From assembly GCA_964445105.1 (NCBI GenBank), contig CAYUJS010000006.1:1-62692 (forward strand): a stretch of 62,692 bases of DNA, in the 5' to 3' direction. Positions within the stretch are counted from its first letter, which is position 1. Each line of letters opens with the position of its first letter. The position numbers and the translations under genes were made by a program. Source of the stretch: an uncultured bacterium (GTDB lineage: Bacteria > Chlamydiota > Chlamydiia > Chlamydiales > JAJFMA01). Of the stretch, positions 1 to 11,859 are shown in pieces. The notes beneath the pieces are model-generated. The model saw only the letters and a program-made list of their open reading frames with translations. It ran no database searches and was not told the DNA's origin.

Positions 1-2
1 AA

Positions 3-233
3 GGATTCGGACTGCACGGCATTCCTTGGAATCGCGACGAAGCGTCCGGGAAGTTTACCGAAGACACCTCAGGTCTGGGGCGTCACGTAAGCGACGGCTG
101 CATTCGCATGGCCACAGCGGATATGGAGGAGCTCTATTCCATTATTATCTCACGCCCCACCACAGTAGATTTGGTACGAGACTACTTTGAGGTCGAGCTG
201 CCTGGAGAAGAAGAGGTTCCCCTAAAGGGCTGA
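3..233 (+). CDS. L,D-transpeptidase (YkuD/ErfK family), 3' fragment truncated by window edge
   Basis: Manual translation from position 3: GFGLHGIPW...GLGRHVSDGCIRMATADMEELY...LKG*; matches the HG...SxGCxRM catalytic motif. Confidence 0.8.
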   Translation, partial: GFGLHGIPWNRDEASGKFTEDTSGLGRHVSDGCIRMATADMEELYSIIISRPTTVDLVRDYFEVELPGEEEVPLKG

Positions 234-278
234 TTGAGGTATGATCGCGGCTGATTTGTCGTCCAACCCAGGGGTACT

Positions 279-1232
279 GTGGATACTCTACAGCATGAGA
301 AACAGATCCACGAATATGTGAAAACGCTCGAGCGCCTTAATAAGCAGAATAAGGACAGTTCGCTTTTCAGCGCGGAAATTCAGACTTTGGAAGACAAGCT
401 GGCTGAACTAAAAAAAACTGTGTACGCGCAGCTATCCCCTTGGGAACGCGTGCAGATCTGCCGCCATCCTCAGCGCCCGCACACCATCGATTATGTCGAG
501 CACATGTGCGACAGCTTTCACGAGCTTTTCGGCGATCGAACTTTTAAAGACGATCATTCCATCATCGGAGGGCTTGCGCGCATCGGCGATATGAAGTGCG
601 TCCTCATCGGCCAGGAAAAAGGAAACGATACTGAAAGCCGAGTGCATCGCAATTTCGGTATGCTCAATCCCGAAGGGTTTAGGAAAGCACTCCGATTGAT
701 GCAGTTAGCTGAGAAGTTTTGCTTGCCTGTTGTCTCTCTGTTAGACACCCCCGGCGCCAACCCTATTTTGGAAGCGGAAGAGCGCGGACAAGCGTGGTCC
801 ATCGCACTCAACCTGCGCGAAATGGCGCGCCTGCGAACACCGATCATGGTCGTTGTGATTGGCGAAGGGTGCTCTGGTGGCGCGTTGGGTATGGGCATAG
901 GCGATGTAGTAGCCATGCTCGAACACGCTTATTACTCGGTGATCTCTCCCGAGTCCTGCGCTTCTATCCTCTGGAAAGACACCGGCAAGAAAGCCGCAGC
1001 CGCAGCCGCCATGAAGCTTAATTCAGAAAACCTTCTTCAATTAGAAATTATCGATGCAGTCATCAAGGAGCCCCTTGGCGGCGCCCATCACGACCCGAAA
1101 GTTGTCTATGAAGGCGTCAAATTTTTTCTGCTTGATCAGTGGCAATCAGTTAGGCATATGTCTCTAGAGGCGCTTATCGAACAGCGCTACCTCAAGTACC
1201 GTAAAATGGGCATCGTTGAGCACTGCGTCTAG
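279..1232 (+). CDS. accA: Acetyl-CoA carboxylase carboxyltransferase alpha subunit
   Basis: [53 protein letters not shown] start. Confidence 0.97.
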   Translation: MDTLQHEKQIHEYVKTLERLNKQNKDSSLFSAEIQTLEDKLAELKKTVYAQLSPWERVQICRHPQRPHTIDYVEHMCDSFHELFGDRTFKDDHSIIGGLARIGDMKCVLIGQEKGNDTESRVHRNFGMLNPEGFRKALRLMQLAEKFCLPVVSLLDTPGANPILEAEERGQAWSIALNLREMARLRTPIMVVVIGEGCSGGALGMGIGDVVAMLEHAYYSVISPESCASILWKDTGKKAAAAAAMKLNSENLLQLEIIDAVIKEPLGGAHHDPKVVYEGVKFFLLDQWQSVRHMSLEALIEQRYLKYRKMGIVEHCV

Positions 1233-1280
1233 TCGGGTTATGCGAGTTACTTTTGGCGGTTAGTGCTGAAGATTGACGCG

Positions 1281-1306
1281 AGGCGCTTCAGATCCCTGAA
1301 GCGCCT
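1281..1306. terminator. Hairpin between convergent accA and ihfA, likely terminator
   Basis: Perfect 11-bp stem AGGCGCTTCAG-atcc-CTGAAGCGCCT; U-tails weak. Confidence 0.6.
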
Positions 1307-1323
1307 GCCTAGTTCGGGGTTTG

Positions 1324-1689
1324 TTATTGATCGTCGTCGTCTTCGTCCTCGTCATCTTCAAAATCGTCGTAAGGGCCAACTTCTTCCCCCTCGATCAACT
1401 TACGCATGCGCTTGCCGGGTGTAAATTTAACAGCGCGGCGAGCAGGGATCACGATAGGTATCGCCGCGTTTTTAGGATTACGACCGATTTTGCGCTTGCG
1501 CACAACAACCTCAAATACACCAAAATCCCGAAACTCTAAACGATCCCCATTCGCCAAGCATTGGGTCATGCGATCCAAAAAAGCTTGGATCACATGCCGA
1601 ACATCGTTGGGGTGAATCTGTTTTTCTTGAGAAATGGACGAGATCAGTTTTTTCTTGGTCATCGTCTTTTTTTTAGTCATTGTTGACAT
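1324..1689 (-). CDS. ihfA: Integration host factor / HU-family DNA-binding protein with acidic C-terminal tail
   Basis: EFRDFGVFEVVVRKRKIGRNPK...IPARRAVKFTPGK; close to accA as in Chlamydia. Confidence 0.9.
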   Translation of the reverse strand: MSTMTKKKTMTKKKLISSISQEKQIHPNDVRHVIQAFLDRMTQCLANGDRLEFRDFGVFEVVVRKRKIGRNPKNAAIPIVIPARRAVKFTPGKRMRKLIEGEEVGPYDDFEDDEDEDDDDQ

Positions 1690-2025
1690 CAGATAGGAGC
1701 TCCTAAATCTTTCATTAGATGATTGTTTTTTTCAATACAACAAGCCGATATTGTCATATGGTACTCGTTTTCAATCAAGTACTTTTTCAGAGGTCCGACC
1801 ATACTCCATATAATGGCTTTTACAAGATGCCGAGAAATACAAATAAATTATCATCAGCGACGGCAGCAAGCAATACTGAGATACTCTTAAAGTCACTTTG
1901 GTTTCAAGAACATTTTTCTTGTAAGGGTATAAACCTAAGAGCGGACACTTCGACAGTCCTTACCCTAAACACGAAGATGGGCTGCCCACCCCACTTGCAA
2001 GACACTAGTTTGAGACTACTTAGGG

Positions 2026-3297
2026 CTATTGAACCTTGAGCAGCAGCTTATTTTTTTTGCCTACGGCGAGGAGCAAAAGCCTACCGTCGATGAGATCAGC
2101 CTCTGCCAGCGTATGCTCAACAGAGGTGATTTTAGCATTATTTAGGTAAGCGCCGCCATTTTCCACAAGGCGCCTGGCCTGCCCTTTACTGGGCTGTAGC
2201 CCTGCTAGCACAAGTAGATCAATGAACTTAGCGCCGACCACATCGGGCCGCGCTAAAGAGCAACTAGGGACATCGCTATCGAGCGACTCTAGAGTAGCTG
2301 CATCTAGCGCCGTATCTGTGCCTGGCTTCATGCCTTGGGTGGCCTTCAAAGCTGCCTGCACCCCCTCTTCTCCATGAACGATACGCGTGACCTCTTCGGC
2401 CAGGCGTTTCTGGGCTGTATTGGGCAGGTAACGGAGGGCAGCCATCTCTTGCTCGATCTGTTCGATTTCCTGCAGATCCATAAAGGTCAGCATACGCATA
2501 AATCGGGCCACATCGGCGTCCGCCACGCGAAAGAAATATTGGTAAAATTCGTAGGGCGACAATTTTTCGGGAGATAACCAGATCGCGCCTTGCTCGGACT
2601 TGCCGAATTTCTTACCGTCTGAACGAGTCAGAAGAGGAAAGGTCAAGCCATGCGCGGCCTGACCGCGTACTTTACGGATGAGGTCTGTACCCGCGGTGAT
2701 GTTCCCCCATTGATCGCTTCCGCCGATTTGAGCCTCCACTTGGTGCTGATCAAACAGCTGAAGAAAGTCATAACCTTGTAAGAGCTGATAACTGAATTCG
2801 GTAAAGCTCATGCCCTCGTCCGACTGCAAGCGCGAACGCACGGAGTCTTTGGCTAGCATAGGGCCTAAGCGAAAATAGCGTCCCACCTCGCGCAGGAACT
2901 CAATACAGCTCATCTCCCGGTACCAGTCGAAGTTATTGAGTAGCTTAGCCGGGTTCGTAGAGCAGCTAAAATCCAGAATTCTTTGCAAATCCTTGCGGAT
3001 GCCGTGAATGTTATTGGCAAGCGTCTTTTCATCTAAGAAAGAGCGCTCGGTGCTTTTTCCCGAAGGATCGCCGATGAAGCCCGTCGCACCACCCACGATA
3101 ACCACGGGAGTGTGGCCGAGCCGCTGAAACCAGGCGAGGCCCATGATACCGACCAGATTACCTATATGCAGGCTGTCTGCTGTCGGATCAAATCCACAAT
3201 AAACACTCATGGGCTTATTGGCTCGTTCACGTAAACCCGAGTCCGTCATCGTTTCGATGAACCCTCTGGCCTCTAAAATATCAACGATGTTCGCCAT
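2026..3297 (-). CDS. tyrS: Tyrosine-tRNA ligase (start revised to ATG 3297, MANIVDIL)
   Basis: YCGFDPTADSLHIGN (HIGH), QIGGSDQWGNI, KFGKS, C-terminal S4 domain; the longer ORF extension is antisense to rpiA. Confidence 0.97.
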   Translation of the reverse strand: MANIVDILEARGFIETMTDSGLRERANKPMSVYCGFDPTADSLHIGNLVGIMGLAWFQRLGHTPVVIVGGATGFIGDPSGKSTERSFLDEKTLANNIHGIRKDLQRILDFSCSTNPAKLLNNFDWYREMSCIEFLREVGRYFRLGPMLAKDSVRSRLQSDEGMSFTEFSYQLLQGYDFLQLFDQHQVEAQIGGSDQWGNITAGTDLIRKVRGQAAHGLTFPLLTRSDGKKFGKSEQGAIWLSPEKLSPYEFYQYFFRVADADVARFMRMLTFMDLQEIEQIEQEMAALRYLPNTAQKRLAEEVTRIVHGEEGVQAALKATQGMKPGTDTALDAATLESLDSDVPSCSLARPDVVGAKFIDLLVLAGLQPSKGQARRLVENGGAYLNNAKITSVEHTLAEADLIDGRLLLLAVGKKNKLLLKVQ

Positions 3298-3367
3298 AGT
3301 TATCGACAAATTGTTCAAGGTACAGGCAAAAGTGTAGCTGAAAGAAGATTTATGAGGGGACACAAAG

Positions 3368-4048
3368 ATGTCGGATAACAATTTGGTCGGCAAACGAGCG
3401 GCGGCGCAGGCAGCCGCGGCGCTTGTTAAAGAGGGAATGCTAGTCGGGCTAGGCACAGGCTCTACTGCTGCAGAGTTCATCCGTGCACTCGCGACGCGCT
3501 GCCAACGTGGGCTGCATGTCCAAGCTATCGCCAGCAGCAAAGAATCGCACGCTCTGGCGCAAGCACTCGGCATCCCCTTGCTCGCAGATTGCGCAGTCAC
3601 GCGCTTGGATGTAACTGTAGATGGCGCCGATGAGATTGACGGTGCTAAGAGACTACTGAAAGGGGGCGGGGGAGCGCTTTTACGAGAGAAAATCCTTGCC
3701 ACTTTCAGCGACGAAATGATTGTCATCGTCGACCAGACGAAGATCGTGCAGCAGATCGGCAACTTTCCACTAGCGGTAGAAATTACCCCGTTCTGCTACA
3801 CAGCCATTCTGCAGCGCTTCACCTCACTAAACCTAAAGCATCAATTGCGCCAAAAAAAAGGTAGACTGGTGATCTCCGACAATGGCAATTATTTGGTAGA
3901 TTGCGATGTGAGCTCTTTGAAAGAACAGCTGGTAGAACTCGATGAGGAGCTTCGCACAATCCCGGGAGTGCTAGAGACGGGTCTATTTTTGAACCTTGCC
4001 GGCAGAGTGATCATAGGCTACGCAGATGGACATACAAGTATCAGCTAA
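3368..4048 (+). CDS. rpiA: Ribose-5-phosphate isomerase A
   Basis: GLGTGST, DGADE, KGGGGALLREKI, SDNGN, IPGVLETGLF. Confidence 0.97.
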   Translation: MSDNNLVGKRAAAQAAAALVKEGMLVGLGTGSTAAEFIRALATRCQRGLHVQAIASSKESHALAQALGIPLLADCAVTRLDVTVDGADEIDGAKRLLKGGGGALLREKILATFSDEMIVIVDQTKIVQQIGNFPLAVEITPFCYTAILQRFTSLNLKHQLRQKKGRLVISDNGNYLVDCDVSSLKEQLVELDEELRTIPGVLETGLFLNLAGRVIIGYADGHTSIS

Positions 4049-4123
4049 ACCTAAAAACTGTATTCCCCAAAAAGAGGGGCTCGCCTAGACTTAAAAATGA
4101 CAATAAATTAATTGATATTGCCT

Positions 4124-4534
4124 ATGCCCTCTGAATTAATTCCTCTCAACCTAGAAAAGATCGTACAAACGCGCTCTTACACCGTCGTAGTACTGGCTAC
4201 ACAGACAAAACGCTTTGCCATCTACATGGACGCCTCTGTCGGCAACCTTTTACAAACGTACCTTACGGGCCAAAACAAGCCACGCCCACTCACCCATGAT
4301 CTCATGCAAATGGTGTTCCAGGGGTTCTGCATCGCAGTCAAACAAGTCGTGATCAACGACCTAAACGATACCTTGTACTTTGCACGGATCTTTTTTGAGC
4401 AACAGCATGGAGACATTCGCGAAATCGTCGAAATAGACTCGCGCCCTAGCGACTGCATCCTAATAGCGCTCATGTCCAACACTCCCCTCTACTGCACCAA
4501 AGAGGTGCTGGAAAAAACCATCGCTGTCGAATAA
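4124..4534 (+). CDS. Bifunctional nuclease family protein (DUF151)
   Basis: PRPLTHDL, YFARIF, EIDSRPSDCILIAL. Confidence 0.9.
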   Translation: MPSELIPLNLEKIVQTRSYTVVVLATQTKRFAIYMDASVGNLLQTYLTGQNKPRPLTHDLMQMVFQGFCIAVKQVVINDLNDTLYFARIFFEQQHGDIREIVEIDSRPSDCILIALMSNTPLYCTKEVLEKTIAVE

Positions 4535-4555
4535 CGAGCCGCACCCCTTTTTAGA

Positions 4556-4876
4556 CTAGTACGGCATATTGAAGTTACTCTCTGCCAGCTTCAAGATGCT
4601 GTCCACTGCCTCCTGAGCATCTTCCCCTATAGCCTCAACACTGATGCGAGACCCCTTTGCCGCCGCAAGCATAAGAATGCCCAAAAGGGACTTGGCGTTG
4701 ACCTCGTTCTTTTGATGGTTAAGCTTCACCTCGGCCTTAAACGTAGCCGCGCACTTGACCAATTCTGTAGAGGGTCGCGTATGCAAGCCTTTGTCGTTAC
4801 CCACGACAAAGACGCCCTTCGCGTTGCGCCCCTCTCTGTTATTTTTAGACTTCTCTTTCGTCATGGTAACCGCCAT
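4556..4876 (-). CDS. ptsH: Phosphocarrier protein HPr
   Basis: GLHTRP (His15) and NAKSLLGILML (Ser46) motifs; start at 4876 or 4864. Confidence 0.95.
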   Translation of the reverse strand: MAVTMTKEKSKNNREGRNAKGVFVVGNDKGLHTRPSTELVKCAATFKAEVKLNHQKNEVNAKSLLGILMLAAAKGSRISVEAIGEDAQEAVDSILKLAESNFNMPY

Positions 4877-4988
4877 CCGGATCTCCTCAAACTGACACCC
4901 AGCCATCAAAAATGCATACGCTCTCAAGGTTTTTATTGGCAATGTCTTTTTTTAAGCTTACCAGTATAATGATAAAAAACCGAAACTA

Positions 4989-6791
4989 ATGGAGTCAACA
5001 ATGGCTAAACCGCGAGAAGAAGTCTCTGCAAATGATTGCTGGAACGTCGAAGCCCTCTATAAAAATCTAGAAATGTGGGGACAAGAGTTCGAAAAATCCC
5101 AAGATTGGTCGGAATTAAGCAAATGTCGCGCGACTCTTGGCCAAAATCCCGAAGCCATGAAAAACGCAATCGAGATTATTCTGAAGATTTCACGATCGCT
5201 GGAAAAACTTTATACTTACGCGCACCTGCGCCACGACGAAGAAATAACTCTCACCCCCTACAAAGAAGCTTTCTCTCGAATTACCTCGGCTCTGCACAAC
5301 TTTAAACGCGAAACGGCCTGGTTCGAGCCAGAGCTGCTCGCTCTGCCTGAGGATACCCTGCAATCTTATCTGCAAGCGCCTGTGCTGAAAGAATATAAGT
5401 ATTTTATAGAAAAAATAGTGCGTCTGAAACCTCACACGCTCCCCCAAGAGCAGGAAGAGCTTTTTGCCCTCGCCGGTAAGGCCCTTCAAGCAGCTCCCAA
5501 AGCCTTCTCAGCGATGAACAACGCCGACTTTAAGTTCGGCACCGTCTTGGACGGTCAAGGCAAACCCCGCGAGTTGACACACGCCTCTTACGGCCTCTTA
5601 ATCCGCGACCAAGATCGCACGCTGAGAGAAAACGCGTTCAAAGCGCTCCATGGAAAATTTGGGGAGTTTCAAAATACGCTCTGCGAGCTTTTAAATGGCC
5701 GCTTGCAGGAACACGTGTTCAACACACGCGCACGCCATTACCCCAGCTGTCTGGACGCCGCGCTGTTTCCCAAAAATGTCTCTCCCAAGGTGTACCGCTC
5801 ACTTATTCAGACGGTGCGCGACAACATCCACGTACTCCACGATTACATGGAAGTGCGCAAAAAACTTCTTGGACTTAATGAGCTCCATGTATGGGATCTG
5901 TATGTGCCTTTGACTGGCCAAGTGGACATAAAAATGGATTATGCCGCTGCTGAACAGCTGGTTGTCGAATCAGTCGCACCCCTCGGACCTGAATATCAAA
6001 ACCTGCTGCAAGAGGGCTTGACAAAAGGCCGTTGGGTCGACCGCTACGAAAATGACAACAAACGCTCTGGAGCCTATTCAAGCGGCTGCTACGACAGTAT
6101 GCCCTACATTCTTATGAACTACAAAGGGCTCCTACGCGACGTCTCTACCTTGGCGCACGAGGCCGGTCACAGCATGCACAGCCTCCTGAGCCGCCAACAG
6201 CAGCCCTACCACTACGCTGAGTACACCATTTTTGAGGCAGAAGTTGCCTCCACCTTTAACGAAGACCTACTTAACCGGCTGCTGTTGAAACGCACAAAAA
6301 GCAACGAAGAAAAGGTTTTCCTACTAACCGAACAAATAGAGGATATACGCACCACTTTCTTCAGGCAGGCGATGTTTGCCGAGTTCGAGCTCATGATCCA
6401 CGAATGGGCCGAGCAAGACAGGCCTATCACGCCAGAACTACTTAAAGAGGAATATCGCAAGCTCAATCAGTTCTATTTTGGCCCGCAAGTCATTTTGGAT
6501 CCAGCTATCGAAATGGAATGGGCGCGCATCCCTCACTTTTACTACAATTTCTACGTTTTCCAGTATGCCACTGGCATTAGCGCCGCGCTAGCCTTGGCCG
6601 AAAAGGTGGTGCAAGGTAAAGACAGCGATAGAGACGCCTATCTGAACATGCTCAAGTCCGGCGGCAGTAAGTTCCCTCTCGAGCTGTTGCAAACCGCAGG
6701 CATCGACATGACGACCCCGCAGCCTGTACAGGCCACGATCGCTAAATTCGCCCATCTTTTGGGTGAGCTAAAGGATCTTGTTTTGATTTAG
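4989..6791 (+). CDS. pepF: Oligoendopeptidase F (M3B)
   Basis: NKRSGAYS, TLAHEAGHSMH (HExxH), AEVASTFNE, EWARIPHFYYNFYVFQYATG. Confidence 0.96.
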   Translation: MESTMAKPREEVSANDCWNVEALYKNLEMWGQEFEKSQDWSELSKCRATLGQNPEAMKNAIEIILKISRSLEKLYTYAHLRHDEEITLTPYKEAFSRITSALHNFKRETAWFEPELLALPEDTLQSYLQAPVLKEYKYFIEKIVRLKPHTLPQEQEELFALAGKALQAAPKAFSAMNNADFKFGTVLDGQGKPRELTHASYGLLIRDQDRTLRENAFKALHGKFGEFQNTLCELLNGRLQEHVFNTRARHYPSCLDAALFPKNVSPKVYRSLIQTVRDNIHVLHDYMEVRKKLLGLNELHVWDLYVPLTGQVDIKMDYAAAEQLVVESVAPLGPEYQNLLQEGLTKGRWVDRYENDNKRSGAYSSGCYDSMPYILMNYKGLLRDVSTLAHEAGHSMHSLLSRQQQPYHYAEYTIFEAEVASTFNEDLLNRLLLKRTKSNEEKVFLLTEQIEDIRTTFFRQAMFAEFELMIHEWAEQDRPITPELLKEEYRKLNQFYFGPQVILDPAIEMEWARIPHFYYNFYVFQYATGISAALALAEKVVQGKDSDRDAYLNMLKSGGSKFPLELLQTAGIDMTTPQPVQATIAKFAHLLGELKDLVLI

Positions 6792-6814
6792 CAGCTGGAA
6801 TTGTCAATTGCTAA
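6788..6814 (+). promoter_or_regulatory. CIRCE (HrcA operator) upstream of groESL
   Basis: TTAGCAGCT-N9-AATTGCTAA; exact match to the chlamydial TAGCA-N15-TGCTAA form; overlaps the pepF stop codon. Confidence 0.8.
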
Positions 6815-6822
6815 TTTTTGAG

Positions 6823-6851
6823 TTGCACAAAAAATATCCCCTTGCTATCGT
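6823..6851 (+). promoter_or_regulatory. sigma66/70-type groESL promoter
   Basis: TTGCAC-17 nt-TATCGT with TG extension, just downstream of the CIRCE. Confidence 0.7.
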
Positions 6852-6887
6852 CCTAATTTCTCAACCAATCAACAGGAGAAATCATCG

Positions 6888-7205
6888 ATGGCACAGGTAC
6901 AGCAATCGACAAAAACAAAAATACGCCCTCTGGGTAACCGGGTCCTCTTGCGAAAATTAGAAGCTGAGGAGACTCTGAAAGGTGGAATCATCCTTCCCGA
7001 TTCAGCCAAGAAACAACAAGAATCTGCTGAAGTGCTCGCCGTTGGCGAAGGACAAAAGGATAAAGAAGGCAAGCTGATTCCCGTCTCTGTAAGTGTAGGC
7101 AACATCGTTTTGATGGAGAAATACTCCGGCCAGGAAGTGACCATTGACGATGAAACGTTTGTCATCACCCGAGCAGATGACCTCATCGCTATCATTGAAA
7201 AATAA
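6888..7205 (+). CDS. groES: Co-chaperonin GroES
   Basis: IRPLGNRVL, GGIILPDSAK, VLAVGEG; AGGAG RBS. Confidence 0.97.
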   Translation: MAQVQQSTKTKIRPLGNRVLLRKLEAEETLKGGIILPDSAKKQQESAEVLAVGEGQKDKEGKLIPVSVSVGNIVLMEKYSGQEVTIDDETFVITRADDLIAIIEK

Positions 7206-7217
7206 CCCATTTCGTAA

Positions 7218-8861
<1,644 letters not shown>

Positions 8862-8891
8862 GTATCAAGATAGAGCCACCATGGTTAACCT

Positions 8892-8925
8892 AAAGCCGGG
8901 TCTCCGCAGGGAGCCCGGCTTTTTT
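8892..8925 (+). terminator. Intrinsic terminator of groESL
   Basis: AAGCCGGGtCTCC-gcag-GGAGCCCGGCTT followed by a T run. Confidence 0.88.
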
Positions 8926-8951
8926 CACAAAATATAAAGGCGCTCAACTAA

Positions 8952-10598
8952 ATGGGCCAACGATTCAGCCACTGGAACCCTCACACCGATACAACGCCTC
9001 GTGATTTTGACGAGTTACGCGCCCTGTTGCTGGCCAATCGTTCCCACCAGCCGGTCACTCGTCTGGAATATGGGGATCATGGCCTGACCGCCGCCCAAGA
9101 GGCGATTGTCGAGGCGCTCAGCACTGACCAACGCATCGCCCTATATGCCGATTACGACGTAGACGGTACCATGAGCTGTGTCTGTTGGATCTGGTTTTTC
9201 AAAGCCATCGGCTATACCAATTTTATTCACTACATCCCTTGTCGCTTTCGCGAAGGCTATGGCCTCAACATGGCCGCGATCCGCTATCTCGTAGAAACCG
9301 AGAAGGTGCAAGTCGTTCTAACCATGGATACTGGTATTACAGCTAACGCCGAGGCCGCCTATTGCAGCGACCAAGGAGTGCGGTTCATCTGTACGGACCA
9401 CCACCACATCCAGCCAGAAAAAATGCCCGATTGCGTCATTGTCAATCCCAAACAGCACCCAGACCCTAACTACCAAGAGCTCTGCGGCTGCGGCATCACC
9501 TTCGTGCTCTTGCGACGCATGGCCAACCACTTTGCTGTCCCTAGTGAGCTGTGGACAGACCTGCTGGCACTAACTGGTCTGGCCACTATCTGCGACATCG
9601 TGCCCTTGAATGGCGTCAACCACAAATTAGCTAAAAGTGGGGTCGAGGCCCTGATGCGGAGCCGTAGACCAATTCTCGCCAAGTTACGAGCTGCCTGCGC
9701 AATGCTGGAAGGTCTCGACGAAAAAGATGTTGGTTTCCGTCTAGGACCGCGCATCAATGCAGTAGGCCGATTGGAGCACGCTGACGTGGTCATACAGGCA
9801 TTTATCGGCGAAAATCCAGATCGCTTGATTGCACAGATGGAAAAAGCCAATCAGCAGCGTCAGCTCCTACAAGCCACGATCGTAAAAGAGGCCCGCGAAG
9901 TCGCTAAAAAGCAGCTCGATAGCCCCATTTTGTTTCTCGGCGGAGACTGGCACCCAGGGGTGGTTGGGATTGCAGCTAGTAAGTTAGTAGAAGAGTTCTG
10001 GCGTCCTGTCTGGCTCTTCAACCGAGCAGCAGGCCTCTGCAGAGGATCCGCCCGCTCCATCGACGGGTTTAACGTCACCGAGGCCATGGGCCACACAGCA
10101 ACGCTCTTTCAAAAATTTGGAGGCCACCGCATGGCGGGAGGTTTTACCTTCGACCCGTCAAATGAAGCGGCCATACGGCAAAAACTCATTGACTACGCCT
10201 CTCATCAACAACAAGCCCATCCCCATCTATGGGAGAGCAAGGTCACCTACGATTGCGCCCTGACGCTGGATTGGCTGAACCTCGCCTTAGCTGATGCAAT
10301 CGATAGCCTGAAGCCCTTTGGCAATGGCTTCGAAGAACCGCGGTTCTGTATAGAGGCCGACATCGTGCGCACCGATTTTTACAAAGACAAGCTAACTGGC
10401 CAGCCCCGCCATACGGCCGTCACCATCGCGGTCACCGCAGGCAGGCAAAAAATCATGTTCTTCAATCAAGTGCTGATCCAACTCATAGAACCGCGCCGCA
10501 CCCGCTTCATCGTGTCTGCTTCACGCAATACCTTCCAAGGCGAAACCAACCTGTCGCTCATTGGGCACGATTTTGACCTCAAAAATCAGAACGCTTGA
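8952..10598 (+). CDS. recJ: ssDNA-specific exonuclease RecJ (DHH/DHHA1)
   Basis: DYDVDG, EGYGLN, TMDTG, TDHH, ATICDIVPL, PRINAVGRL, GSARS, FGGH. Confidence 0.93.
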   Translation: MGQRFSHWNPHTDTTPRDFDELRALLLANRSHQPVTRLEYGDHGLTAAQEAIVEALSTDQRIALYADYDVDGTMSCVCWIWFFKAIGYTNFIHYIPCRFREGYGLNMAAIRYLVETEKVQVVLTMDTGITANAEAAYCSDQGVRFICTDHHHIQPEKMPDCVIVNPKQHPDPNYQELCGCGITFVLLRRMANHFAVPSELWTDLLALTGLATICDIVPLNGVNHKLAKSGVEALMRSRRPILAKLRAACAMLEGLDEKDVGFRLGPRINAVGRLEHADVVIQAFIGENPDRLIAQMEKANQQRQLLQATIVKEAREVAKKQLDSPILFLGGDWHPGVVGIAASKLVEEFWRPVWLFNRAAGLCRGSARSIDGFNVTEAMGHTATLFQKFGGHRMAGGFTFDPSNEAAIRQKLIDYASHQQQAHPHLWESKVTYDCALTLDWLNLALADAIDSLKPFGNGFEEPRFCIEADIVRTDFYKDKLTGQPRHTAVTIAVTAGRQKIMFFNQVLIQLIEPRRTRFIVSASRNTFQGETNLSLIGHDFDLKNQNA

Positions 10599-11160
10599 AG
10601 TTGCGCGAAAAAAGCTGATCGCGCAATCTTATGCCGATAAAAACAGATCTGCGTATACGTACATTTGGCGCAAAGGTGAAGAAAATGTCTAATTTATAGT
10701 GGATCGCGCCTTGCAAGTGTCTTTCTTGCGCCCACTTGAGCAAAGAATTGCCGCTCTCTGGTGCTCTACTTTCGACTCGGACAAAAAATAAAGGAAATGC
10801 TCGTCGACCATCCTAGCGTCAAGCAAGACCTGGAGCGTATGGTCAGGGCCCCGCTTAGCACACGCGAGATTTGCAACTACAGCGAACAGCTGTCTGGCAC
10901 GCTTGGCCCGCTCGTTGAAACGGCACTAGCAGCCAGCCTTGAGGCTCAGCTCAAGGAGTTTGTCGGTCTCATAAAATAGTATGGGTCTAATTTCTTTACC
11001 TGGCTAAGCTCAATTTCAGCAACGCCCCCTGGCTGAAGAGTAAGCGCCGATTTTCATTACGAGAGCAGAGCCGCGGCAGGGCCTACCCGCTTTTGCTTTG
11101 TGGGCCTGTTGCCTATATCTGAGACCTCTCCATTTTTTGCAGGGCAAAGTGGAGGCACCA

Positions 11161-11859
11161 TCAACTCATGATCTCGGCCATAACCCTTGTGAAAGGCACA
11201 ACCCCATCTGGCGGTTGTGCGTTCAGAAACGTTTCCAGCTTTACCAGCTCGACCCAAATAAACTCGCTGTACTCCGACGAGCGCATCGGTTTTTCAATAT
11301 CCAGGGTCATAGGCATTTTTAGCACCATCTCCCATGAGCCGGTCAAGGAATCAAAAACCAAAACAAAAGGGTCGATACTCGTCACTTGCGCGCGATCTAT
11401 GCCTGTCTCCTCTTCTAGCTCCGTTAGTAGCGCACATCGGTAATCGATAGAGGTTCCAGAGGCTGCCTTTGGATCTATGCCGCCTGATGGAGCCAGTTCC
11501 CAACAACCGGGATATTGAGAAACATTAGCTTCCCTCCTAGCAAGGAGAACGTGCCCGCTAGCGACACTGAATCCATTCACCGCTACGGGATTTACCCTCA
11601 GCTCCTCTGCCAGGAGCGGTTGTCTATAGACGGCGAGAGCATACCGATAGGACACCCAGTGACCAAGTAAGCGGGTGGAAGATATGTCGACTGCACTGAA
11701 AATGACGCCATCAAAAAGATGACTGTTTTTCCGTCTTTCTTCTTCCCAAAGTTTGTCCACCTTCTCTTGGAGGCAAGGAGAGATCAGCAAGGGCTGCTCG
11801 ACACATATCATCGAAAACGAAGTGTCGATTCTGTGCATGAGCGCAGGGTTCAACGCCAA
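11161..11859 (-). CDS. Nudix hydrolase family protein (start TTG 11859 or ATG 11838)
   Basis: Variant Nudix box PSGGID...ALLTELEEETGI; overlaps the neuB stop. Confidence 0.8.
   Translation of the reverse strand: MALNPALMHRIDTSFSMICVEQPLLISPCLQEKVDKLWEEERRKNSHLFDGVIFSAVDISSTRLLGHWVSYRYALAVYRQPLLAEELRVNPVAVNGFSVASGHVLLARREANVSQYPGCWELAPSGGIDPKAASGTSIDYRCALLTELEEETGIDRAQVTSIDPFVLVFDSLTGSWEMVLKMPMTLDIEKPMRSSEYSEFIWVELVKLETFLNAQPPDGVVPFTRVMAEIMS

Noticed and set aside
1719..2039. 106-aa ORF in the ihfA-tyrS gap
   Set aside because: No RBS or recognisable motif; lies in an AT-rich promoter region opposite both flanking genes
3298..3762. 155-aa N-terminal extension of the tyrS ORF
   Set aside because: It is the antisense shadow of rpiA; TyrS homology begins at MANIVDIL (3297)
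10620..10979. 72-aa ORF with possible upstream interrupted frames (gene relic after recJ)
   Set aside because: Helical-looking but no family recognised and the start is unclear; not supportable without a search
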